64,000 bases of DNA from Podarcis melisellensis (lineage: Eukaryota), in NCBI GenBank assembly GCA_964234715.1, contig OZ174277.1; one strand, given 5' to 3'. A program made the translations under genes and the position numbers. Shown piece by piece: positions 53,180 to 64,000 of this stretch (its first letter is position 1; every line of letters starts with the position of its first letter). The notes below the pieces were generated by a model that was given only the letters and a program-made list of their open reading frames with translations, did not search any database and had not been told where the DNA came from.

Positions 53180-53511
53180 AAAAAAAAAGGTAAAGGACCC
53201 CTGACAGTTAACTCGGGGGTTGCGGAGCTCATCTTGCTTTACAAGCCAAGGGAGCCGGAATTGTCCGCAGTTTTTCCAGGTCATGACTAAGCTGCTTCTG
53301 GTGCAACAGAACACCAAAACCAGAGCAGTGCATGGAAATGCCATCTACCTTCCCGCCGGAGTGGTACCTATTTCTCTGCTTGCATTTTTTGGCATGCTTT
53401 TGAACTGCTAGATTGGCAGAAGCCGGGACCGAGCAACGGGAGCTCACCCTGTCGTGCCAATCGGCAGGCCCAAGTGGCTCAGTGGTTTAGACCACAGCGC
53501 CACCCGCGTCC
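53180..53511 (-). mobile_element. Sauria SINE (lacertid POM-type)
   Basis: Minus 5' end GGACGCGGGTGGCGCTGTGGTCTAAACCACTGAGCC; body with TACCTTCCCGCCGGAGTGGTACCTATTT; ACCTTT-type tail. Confidence 0.9.
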
Positions 53512-56500
53512 TGCTAGTTGTGGTGGTAGGTGGTGGCAGTGTACATCCAGTGATGCTGGTTGAGCACATTGAGATACAACTGGGTGAACATGCCTTTGCC
53601 TGGTCCCCCAACGGAAAAGGACCCACCTCCTCCCAGGATGGCAAAGGGGATAAAGTCTTCCTCCAGCCCAAGTTTCCAGCCCAATCATGATGTGAGTCAA
53701 CTCTAAGATGGGGGTGGGCCCCAAACTCACACCTCCAGCTCAAAGTGGACTGCCATGTGCACCATCTCAATCTCCTCATCCGATAATCTGGGCTGTAGCC
53801 CAGACGGACAACAGTGTCCAGGCCTCTGGCATCGGCTGAAATGGCATACATGGTGGTGTCCCTTGACACCTGACAATCATAGATGTCGCCATGCTGCTCC
53901 AAAGTGAGGAGGATCATGCCCTTACTGCCAAACTGAACTTAGGAGAAAAGGCATGCTTTTCGAGAAAGTGTGAAATGTCACTGGTATGTTTTGCTTCATA
54001 TCTTGAGCCTTAATTTATAAGAATCCCAACTGTGCAGAACTGTCCAAATATGTTCTGAGAAGCCACCTGCATCCTGTTCACCAGGGTGATCAGTTTGGTT
54101 TCAAAGTTCTCTTGGCCATCAATGGTGGCAGTGGCAAAGAGTGGCTTTGGCACTCCAGGGAGAGGAGCTGCCAGGGGAATGCTGGGATAGCTTCCACCAC
54201 TGTGTATTTCCTGTATGCAACTAGTCCAAACCTCCGTGCGGAGCTCCAGATGCCCTGACCGACCACCTTGGCTGCCATATTGGCTTCCCCTCACGGCAAG
54301 GGTGGAGAGGTGTGAGTCATGCAAGGCAAATGTGGATTGGCCAGTTGAGGACAACAGTGTGGATTGGCCAGTGGCTGGCTTAAGGGGCAGAGCTGAAGTC
54401 AGCTGATTCAAGAGAGGTGGGAGGAGGTGAGAGTAAAAAGGAAGGGAGAATAAAGTCCCCACTTGACACTTCCGGATCTCTTTCTACAGCTTTTCTAATT
54501 TCCAGTAGCAGATCTTTCCCAAATCACATGCAAGTCAATGGGATGCTAAAAGGACTAGATTGGCTACCAAGAAATCCCTTCTAGAATACTTCACTCCTAT
54601 GGGAAGCATACTTTGAACCTTCTTTAAAGCTCCATCAGTGTGGAATAGCTGTAGTTAGATAAATTGAATAGATTCTTCTCCCTCTCACTGGAATCAAGGC
54701 TCCATTCCATTCTCTATTATATTTGTACAATTACCATACGACTGTTGGTTCAGGGTTAGCAGCATGGTACAGGAAGGTGTGGGGAGTTGCTCTCATTGCA
54801 TCAGAGTTATAATAGTGTACTTGCACCCCAGCATAATTTCTGCTGGGAAGGTCTGGTGGCACAATTTTACTCATGCTCAAGTTCAGATGAACTAACAGCC
54901 TTGGGGTCAGAAAGCAATTTTCTCCAGGTCACACTGGGTGGCGGAGGGATGGCTCCTTCTGTAGCCTTTGGCTTGATTAATTGGGGGTTATCTGCACTCT
55001 GGAGGAAGCTTGCTTTGCAAAAGCTGGCAGTGAAAAGAAGCAGAACCAAATATTTTTTAGTCAAAGCCTTGTTGTCGGCAGGGGTGGGTGGGATCTCTAG
55101 GTTTTCTTTTTCAGCACATGTGCTAAAAAAATGTGTTTTAGGAGATGAGACTGACATGCAGAGAGCCCATGAAAATTCAAGCCCGAGACCAATCCCCTTT
55201 CTCAAAGCAGAGTCATCCTCCAGTGCAGCTAGGAGAAAGAGGGAGAGAAGTTGGCTGGCTTTTAAAAATAACTTGCTTTCAATGGGGAATTTCTAGAATA
55301 CAACAGTTGGAAAGGAGGACCTGCCTCATTCTCCATAAGCGCCAAATTTGGCTAGCATCTGTGTCAAACAGCAGAAAGAACATGCTGTATTGGAGGAGAA
55401 TAAACAGTGTTTATGCTAATTTCCTATCCGAATTGTTTTGTATCTGACAGAACCCATTAGTCTGAAGAATGAGATAAAGACAGATAATAACAAACTGAGC
55501 CAATCACTAGTTGCCTAATCCAATAAAAGTCACCTCCGTCTCCCTTTCAGAATTTTCACTACCAAGCAAAACAAATGCAGTCACTGCACTCTCCGGCAGA
55601 CTGCACAGATTAATGTCCTGTACTGGGAGTGATGGAGAAGTGATTCCTTCATTGGCCATAAGAATGGACCATAAGCAATAAACATATTATAAAAACTGGA
55701 CCCACCCAGCACGAAGAACAGCCTGCTTCATTTCCTCCAAACCAATAAATTTCCAATAAACTTACATTTCCCCCTGCGTGAAATGGAAGAGCCACAGGAC
55801 TGAGTTTTAGTTTGTCTTTTCTGGCATTTTCCCTCCTTAGCTACACCCCTTGCTAAGCACATCTGCCAACTGTGGTCCTATTCATGTGACATAGTCATCA
55901 CTTCATGACTGGAATGACTTGCATTTGTGAAAGAGCCATCACAAATCAACCAACACTGATTGAGGTTTCATATCACAGCAGAAAAATAGTATTTCCTACA
56001 CTGAGGTAGTTCACATGTTGAGATACAAATTGAGTGTTGAGTAATTAGTTGGTGTGCATGACGTGTGAACTGATAAACCAGTGGCTTCTATTTGAAGAGC
56101 ATACTGAACTGTTTTCAGTCTCATATTTCAGGACAGAACAAGCCAGACAATATATTCTCTCACACAGGGAGAGTACCTGCATAGGGCTAGTACCTGTGTT
56201 GTAGTATTTATGTGTACCTCATATTTTAATTTCTGTTTTATCTTATTAATTCTGAAACCTATGGCATGTAGCTTGGTTCCCTTGTTTGAGTCAGAGATAT
56301 CTGCTTAGCAGGAACCATTCTGGGTTATGTTTACTTTCTGCTTGTGTGGTATACCATGGTCTGGATAGTGTTGGGCATTAGTGGTTTTCTCTTAAGTTGG
56401 CACTTGGACTTGTGAACTCCATTTCAAATGGATGGACAGAACTTGCTTCAAAATGGTCTCATGTCCTCCAGAGATATTCACATCCCCCAAAAGTGTGTTT

Positions 56501-58978
56501 ATATGATGGAGTCAACTTGGCTTAACAGTAAATCTTCTATGTCAGGGAACCCTAGTTTTGAGAGGAGGGTTAGGAAAGAATTTTCATGGTCCTCATCAAG
56601 CATTCCCCGGAATTATTTTTATAGAATGCAATGCTATTAAGCCAGTACAAAACCAATAAATGTCTGTAGGGCAGACTGGTATGCAGGCTTGGAGTGTGGG
56701 GGTGGGGTATTTTAGATCAGCCACAATCAATAGAGCAGACATGGTTCTGATATCCAAGGTTGTTCAATAACGATCATAAGCAAAATCCCTACACCATTCT
56801 AACTTCTGGGGGGTGAGATGGGGAGAGAATATCAGTTACAGAAATGTGCATGTGTGAAATTGAGGAAATCAGATGAAATTGTAGAAGGCAGAACAAGGTA
56901 GGTGTGCCAACGCTAATGTTTTATGGAAAGAGACAGCAAGTCTTTAAGAGCTATAGGTTCCTCGAAGATCTTTCCATCCTGACAATGCAACAATGGGAAA
57001 AGACACATCCTCTTTCCAGAACAATTGTAGCAGTCCTGGCTGGGCATCAAGGATTTCCAAGTGCTCACAGAAAACTCCTAGGCAAGTAAGTGTCATTCCA
57101 CTAAATGCTGAACTTCCTTTCAATTTTAGGTATTAGAATAGACTACTTTGCTTGATTGAGAAGTTATAGGATCCGGTTTGGTTCCGGTTATGAAGGCAAG
57201 TGAAAATAGTAAAATAAAATAAATTTTAAATTTCAAATACTTGTTTCCCAAAGATGGTCCAGAAAGACAGCTTTCCCTTTTCAAGGCAAAACAGGTCCAA
57301 TATTGCAGTATAATTCATTCCTCTTGTATGTAATAATGACAGAGGAACATACAAGGCATTCCCGGGCCTCTAGATAACACAAAATAGGGACAACTATTTT
57401 TCAGGCGCAGGTACCAGAGAATAGGGACTGTCCCGATATATTTATATCCGTGTCCTCATTTGCCCCTGTCCAAATATGGAGCACAGGGAGCCCATCTGGA
57501 GCTGGTTTGAGATCTCCCTGTGCTGGTTCTGCCTTTGGTTGTGTCTTAGACAGCTTGTGTTCAAGAGTAAGTCATAAACACCATCTTCTAATGGTCCCGT
57601 GGGCAGTGTTTTGACAAACATCTCCCTCCTACTCAGGGACAACACAGCTCATGCAGCTGCTCCTCTTGCCTCTGGTCTTCTGCTTTTGTCTTTGCCTTTT
57701 AATAAAATACTTATTTGGATTGTTCCCCTTTGCATTTCCCTTGCTATTTGTATAATGAGGGCAGACACTCGGGAAATATCTCCTTGCCTAAGGAGAGCTC
57801 TGTATTCCCCAGAAAATGAGACAGTCTATTGAGGCTTAATGTCCCAGGAGGCATATTCTTTTTGTAAATGCCTTCAACAGTCACCATCAACATTGCTCTG
57901 CCATGCGGTTCTCCACTTTATTTAATATGCAGAGCTTACCACAGCTGGTTATGTGCTTTAATTAACACCAGCTGATTTTGATCCTAATATACTAATGAAA
58001 CAATGCCTTTAAAAAAAAAAAAGCTTTTGAAGTTCGCATTTTACCATATCCATCTAAGTTTGGAACCAGCTATTGTAGTTCCGTTTAGCAAAGTACACTG
58101 AGTTAGTTCAAAAATCTCTGAACTACACCTGAAAGTAGTTTCCATAATTTCCAGGTGAACTATATATGAATTAAGTTCATTCTGGGGTAGAACGTTGATT
58201 GATTTTTAGTTCATCTTCAAATTCATTCACTTACTGTACATGTGTTGTTTACTCTTTAGACTCTTTTGGCCTTTAAAAATTATAATTGTTGGGAGAACTT
58301 AAGTAAACAGTTCACATTCCACTGTGTGTATGTTTTGATGTTTCCTCGGGCTTTTAAAGAATATTTTAAACTTCAACACAGCAGCTTGTAACATTCTGAA
58401 TGCTGGGGGGGGGGGGATGCAAATGATTTTTTGGATGAACTGTGAACTAAACATGTTCATTTTGTAAAGGGGTGAATATGAACTAGAATTAGTTCCTTCT
58501 TTGATACCTTGAACTAGAATTATGTAGTTGTTTTAAAAAATGAACTTTCCAGTCTCTGGGCATAACTGACTGAACTGTTCAGAAAGGTAAAAAAGTTAAT
58601 GTACTTTCCATGAGCTTAAAACTGGAAATTTAGTATCTACATAGGCCCATTACTAGAAAATTTTGAAAAGGTAACATTCATACAAATAAATGGAAGAAAG
58701 AATGCCCTCAAATGGTTTTGATATTTTCGCATTACCTAGACAGCTAAAGCTTTGTACACATTTACCTCATAATAGTTGATGTGTTTGTTCTTCAGTGAGA
58801 TCAGCAAAGGTATTTTCATATTAGCTCGACAGCTGAAAACACTTAATGGTTTATCTCATGGGCTTACCTTATAATAAAAGTCAACACTCTAGTATACAGC
58901 CATCCAAGTTGACTTCAGATAACAGCCAGAAATGAGTATCCATAGTTAGAATTACACAAAAACGTGGCTTCAAGCCAG

Positions 58979-58980
<2 letters not shown>

Positions 58981-59025
<45 letters not shown>
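58981..59025. repeat. (CA)n microsatellite (~22 units)
   Basis: Directly visible. Confidence 0.95.
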
Positions 59026-59027
<2 letters not shown>

Positions 59028-62000
59028 GATAGGCTCTGCACAGTGTCCATGGTTGAACACTGCGAGGCAAAGCAGGTCCATGGCTCACAGGTTAAGAACA
59101 CCTGCTCTAAGGCAAGCACAGGGTACAACTTCCAGCATTCATGCTAGCCAGGGCCACACACACCCCTCCCACAGGAGGCTTATTTTGATCAGAATCGAGT
59201 ACACACTTCTGGTAAATGAGCCACCATAGAAGCAAGAGGGCTGTGAAAATTTGGGTCCAGGGCCTTTCAGATTCGCTTACCCATGCACTATCTGAAACCA
59301 ATGGGGTTCATTTGTTGCCATATGTGATTTTTTTCCAGCTCTCCTACCTCACTGTTCATTCTCCTTGCTGTTCCCAGAGTGTATGAAATCACTTTGAAGT
59401 CAACTGTATGCCTATGCAGAGGTGGCTGCAGCTGATGGTTCTCTGATCTTGCAATATTTTGTAATCTTTCTAGAAGGCTCCCTCCCCCACTCCAGTCCTT
59501 TAAGGTTTCTTTCTTTCTTTTTCTATTTAGTTTTAGGTCCTGTGATTTAAAGCAGCTTTGTCAAGGGTTGGGCCAATATGTAGTAACCATGGAAATCTAG
59601 ACAATATGAAAGTGGCAAAGAGCCACCGTCTCTTTATCCTCCCTATAAGTCCTGTGTCAAATGGAACTCAGCCAGCCCAGAGCTAATCAAGGCGTCAGAG
59701 AGTTTCCCAAAACCAAAGAGTTTCAATAGTGAGGTATGCAGAGGGTGAACCGAGGACACATTTTGCAGCTGAACTTCTGAGTTTTGTAGGCTTCTTTCGT
59801 TTATTTAATTTTTGGGTCAGTTTAAGCCAGATTCTGGATGTTAATGTCGTTGTTTTGTGTGTGAAGTATGTGCTCTGTGTGCCAGACCACATGCCCTGGA
59901 ACCAGTAACTCATAAAAATGTCTTCCATTTTAAAGCTAATGGCAGTTATTCTGTAGATGGGGCGATGCTTAAAAGAGCTTCAGGCTGCTGCTATTACCTC
60001 AGAGAAGGTAAAGATGATGAGGACTGATCCTGAATAACCACATATCATAGGGTGAAACAACTTGTCAGACAATTTCTCAGTTATTTCTCTGGCCACCTGC
60101 AATCCTTTCACCACCTGCTCCTTGAAATCCATATCCCCAAGGCTTAGGAATTTCTTTTCCTAATTCAGAAGCTGAACAGACCTTGCCTTAACTTCCTTCA
60201 CAATGTAGGGCTCCCCCCCCCTTTGCAGTTCAACTGTTAGCTTTAACTACCCTCAAGTTCTTCCCCTTAAAAAAAATTTTTCCCTGGTTTCCACGACAAC
60301 TGCTCAGGCTTTTTGGTTATTCATATTATTCTGTCAGGCTAGCATTTGAATATTTTAAGCTATCAGTCAGCGGCATCGTGGGAAATGAAACATTTAAACC
60401 TTTATATCCCTATTAAGAGCTTTCTAGATGATAATGCTTCCCCATTCCTGTAGCACAAAATATCTATTAGCCCATGTCCAGCACCGGGGGGGGGGGGGGT
60501 GACAACTCCTGTGGGGTGGGGATTCCTAAGTCTTGCTGAAGGCGGAGAGCTGCTCTTGTGTCAACCATTTTTGGGGAGGGAGGGATGAGAAACACCCCAA
60601 AACATTCAAAGGTTTGTGCTCCAGCACTAGAGAGTGTGTCAGAACAAAAATGAAAGATTTAGGAAATGGAGGGGGGGCATTGTTGTAAAGAGAGATGGAA
60701 GCCTTCCTTGTGTTCAGCACTTTCTGATTTTTAAAAGGCAACATGAACACTGCTAATGCTGAATGATAAAAGATCCCCCCCCCAGCGTAATAAACCCACA
60801 GTACTGTTTGGTGACTTTTAGGAGAGGCTGGGAGGCGAGGTCCAAGCTTCCATCCAAATGGTGTGCCACTTCTCTTTTTATTTGTTTTATTTGCTTTTCA
60901 CCCAAATTTCTATAGTGGTTTAAAACATTTAAGGCAACAACAAAAAGCTCTAAAAATGATAGCATAAACCCAAAACAACAGTGCAGCAATCCTAATAAAA
61001 ACAGGGTCAGCACAACGGTTCATTCCCCAAAGGCTGACTGAAGCAAGTTTCTACTTGTCTGTAAAAATTGGGTACACAAATACATAGATTTAGACAAATG
61101 GACACAAAATGCATATTAATTTCCATGCATACAGGGTTGTTGGTTGTTGTTTAAAAAAACAACCACACCACAATGTATGTGGAAATGGGGAGAACCCAAC
61201 TTAAGACTGAATAAATGAGAAACTGATAGAAACCAAAAGCAACAGATTCACCTACCCCTCCCCAGGGGGCTATCTGGAATGCAGAAACTGAGGGTGGGGG
61301 TTAAGCATCTATTTTTGTGCCACTTCTCTGCTTTAAATTCCCCTCTTGCAAAGCTGTTTTTCTTCTTAAGACTGGCCTAGGGCCCAAGTTCCATGGGGCT
61401 TATTCCCAGGTGTTTGCAGAAAGGACGGCAGCTGTAGCCACGACCAAATTTAGTTGGATTATATCATGTATATATTTTACAGAGCATGTCCTGCTTTTTC
61501 ATTTAATTAAATATTCAGCAAAAAGGAGCAATTACCATAGCAACATTTTCCTTCCAAAACCCATAATGGGAGACCATGCAGCTGAAAATGCATACCACAC
61601 ACTTAAAACTTGCAGATTTGCACACTGCAAACATCAGAATTTCCACATGCAAGAGGAAGTCATTTAAGCAATTTGCACATTCTCATACTTTTGTAATACT
61701 CTGTTATCTCATAAATAAAGAGACCTTCCTTTGTTCAGCTGGGTTCATCTCCATCCCACTGAAGTGTTGGCAGTGGTTCATGCCACCTCCAGATCTCTAG
61801 CTATAAATTCCTGACAGTAATCCCACGCTATGCAAATGTATAAACTGAAAATCCACTTTATATTATTTTTAAGCGCAGTCCTTGGAACGGAACAGTACAA
61901 GTAAAATTGCTAAAGGGGGAGACACACATTCTCCACTGCTTGAATAGCAATCATTCAGTTTCATGAAGTTTCGTGTATGTTAACATTCAAGCTAAGGTTA

Positions 62001-62932
62001 AATATGTGTACATTTTGGAAAGCTGGCAGGTTTCTTAGGACTGAAAATGAAACAGAATGACAGTAGTACTTTGAGGACATCACCGTTGCAAATGGATTGG
62101 TTGATTTAGTGCCCACACAGTGTCTCTGTCACTAGATGAATCCCTGTGTGAATGACACTTGAAGGACACCACCTTTCCCCATCTAAGTGGAGCAGCTAGG
62201 TATGGGCCAATGTTATTTGAAAGTCCTGGAGGCAGGTAGACCTTTGAGTGGCAAGAAGCAGGTAGAGGATGTGAAAGAAATTGGATTTATGTGTAGTGAT
62301 AGGGCATTTGGGCAGGCAAAATGGGGGAACTGTGTAGGATGCAGATTTTGGAATTTCTCAAGATGTCTGATAATCATTAGCTCGTGCACTGTATTGTGTG
62401 ACATGGATAAATTTATCAAAATAACAAAAAGCACATTAAATCTCATCTCCCAAATCTCTAGTTTTGCTGTCCTTTTCTAAGACTTTTCTAGCTCCGCGAT
62501 ATTCTTTTTTCTTTATTTTAAGTGAGACAACCAGGACTGTGCAATGGATTCCAAATGCAATTGCACCATAGATTGGTGTGGTAGCATTATGATCTTGGTA
62601 GTTTTATTTTCAATTCTGTTCCTAATGCTCCCTAATGTGGAATTTGGTGTGGGGCGACATCCACAACAACATGAAGAACTGGAGAAAATTGCCTCCCCTT
62701 CTTTCATGTTAGAGAACACCTCTGCTGGATTAAAAGCTATTCAGCGAGCAGAATGACAGCAATGCATGTCACTCATGGGCAGTTAAGCTTTTTCTGATAG
62801 ATGTGAATAGAACCAATATGTATGAAGGAGGGTATGTCAGGGTTTTTGTTCTTAAAAGATGTGCAGCCGGGGGGCGGATACAGTCTGTGGATCATGGATA
62901 ATCCAACACTGCCCTAAAAGATCTGATATGGG

Positions 62933-63061
62933 CAGTGCTTTTTTTCTAGAAAAAGAGGTGCCGGAACTCACTATGAACACCTCCCTTGTTCTCTTATAAT
63001 AGCAATGGCGACCACCTGAGAGGCACCAGAACTTTTTTTTTCCAGCTGAAAAAAAGCCCTG
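62933..63061. mobile_element. hAT-type MITE
   Basis: TIRs CAGTGCTTTTTTT / AAAAAAAGCCCTG; TSD gatatggg / gatatggc (7/8). Confidence 0.7.
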
Positions 63062-64000
63062 GATATGGCAGCAGTGAACTTAAGTGTGGGGTCTAATGCA
63101 GTGTTTCATGCTGTACCTCCACCTGTGTTCAACCTGTGTATTTATAAAGATAAACACTCGGATTGTGAAATGCCAGTGAGCCTCAGCGATCTGGCTCCAA
63201 TGGAAACTGTTTCCCAAACAATCCTAATGAAAGGAGGAGAGTAAGAAGGGCTCTGTGTGACTGGCCAAAGTGAAGGTGGGTGATGTTGACCAGAGATATA
63301 GAAGCTTTGGGTTATACTGCTAAAAATGTCTCAGGACTGCTGAAACAGCATGCATTTGAGCAAGACGTGGCCAGCCAATTCAGCTGCAATGGCCTCCCCA
63401 CTAAATATGGACAAGGCCTTTTCATTCTTTCCCTAACATGTGAATCAATAACAAGCAATGGCAGGGGACAAATATTCACAGAAAAGTTACAGGTGAATTA
63501 AAAACCTTGTGGGATGCAAAAAAGAAATACTTTATCCAGCCCTGTGAAGGCACTCAAGTTGCACATTCAGGACTTTAACCTAGCATGCTTTGACTATCAA
63601 AGCTGTTGTTCACACCGTCAGATCAATATTGTGCAGGAATGATTGAATGAATTCTAAGTGTGATTAAAGTCCCCCCTCCGTCTTCTGCAGGGACCGGCTG
63701 CAGACTGACATTCAAATCAACTTGGCACAGCAAGTCTGCAGGGATACGTTTGTGTGGTGTTAAATTGGCCTTTGTGCACTTTCTGCTGTTCCAGACCCTC
63801 CTGACTGGTGTAATAGCTCTGTGGAATAAATACAGTCCTCATGAAAGAGGGAGACAAAGATTGCAATATTAAAAAGAGAGCTTGCAGCCTGTTCCTTAGC
63901 CGCAGCTGAAATGGGAGATGTACAAACCAACTAATCAAACACTGGCATAGCTGTTGGCTTCTCTGCCCCACCCCCACCCCCACCGCCCTGCAATGCACCA

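Noticed and set aside
59583-59596. RFX X-box-like GTAACCATGGAAAT
   Set aside because: Single imperfect motif with no nearby promoter evidence.
60486-60525. G-runs / potential G-quadruplex (also ~29875, ~63965)
   Set aside because: Poly-G tracts are common in this sequence and lack functional context.
54500-64000. AIG1 terminal exons, expected next by synteny
   Set aside because: I found no recognisable AIG1 coding sequence; it probably lies beyond the window.

Overview
Eukaryotic genomic DNA from a squamate reptile, most likely a lacertid lizard (Sauria/POM-type SINE, Squam3-like SINE, BovB, Penelope-like remnants). It covers the conserved vertebrate block PHACTR2(-)/FUCA2(+)/PEX3(-)/ADAT2(+). 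I could reconstruct complete spliced CDSs for FUCA2 (7 exons, 472 aa), PEX3 (12 exons, 373 aa) and ADAT2 (6 exons, 182 aa), plus a probable distal first coding exon of PHACTR2 in a CpG island. After ~40.6 kb the window is intergenic and TE-rich. Highlights: (1) ADAT2 intron 3 is a minor-spliceosome (U12-type) intron that apparently ends in a non-canonical AT (GT-AT) rather than AG or AC. (2) Four Penelope-like remnants carry hammerhead-ribozyme motifs; one has an intact core on a perfect 57-bp hairpin, while both sense-oriented intronic copies have damaged cores. (3) A tRNA-Ile-derived SINE copy has G at wobble position 34, a possible fossil of inosine editing. (4) Exon-like segments between PHACTR2 and FUCA2 may be an unannotated transcript or decayed gene. 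All homology calls are from memory of these families, not from database searches.
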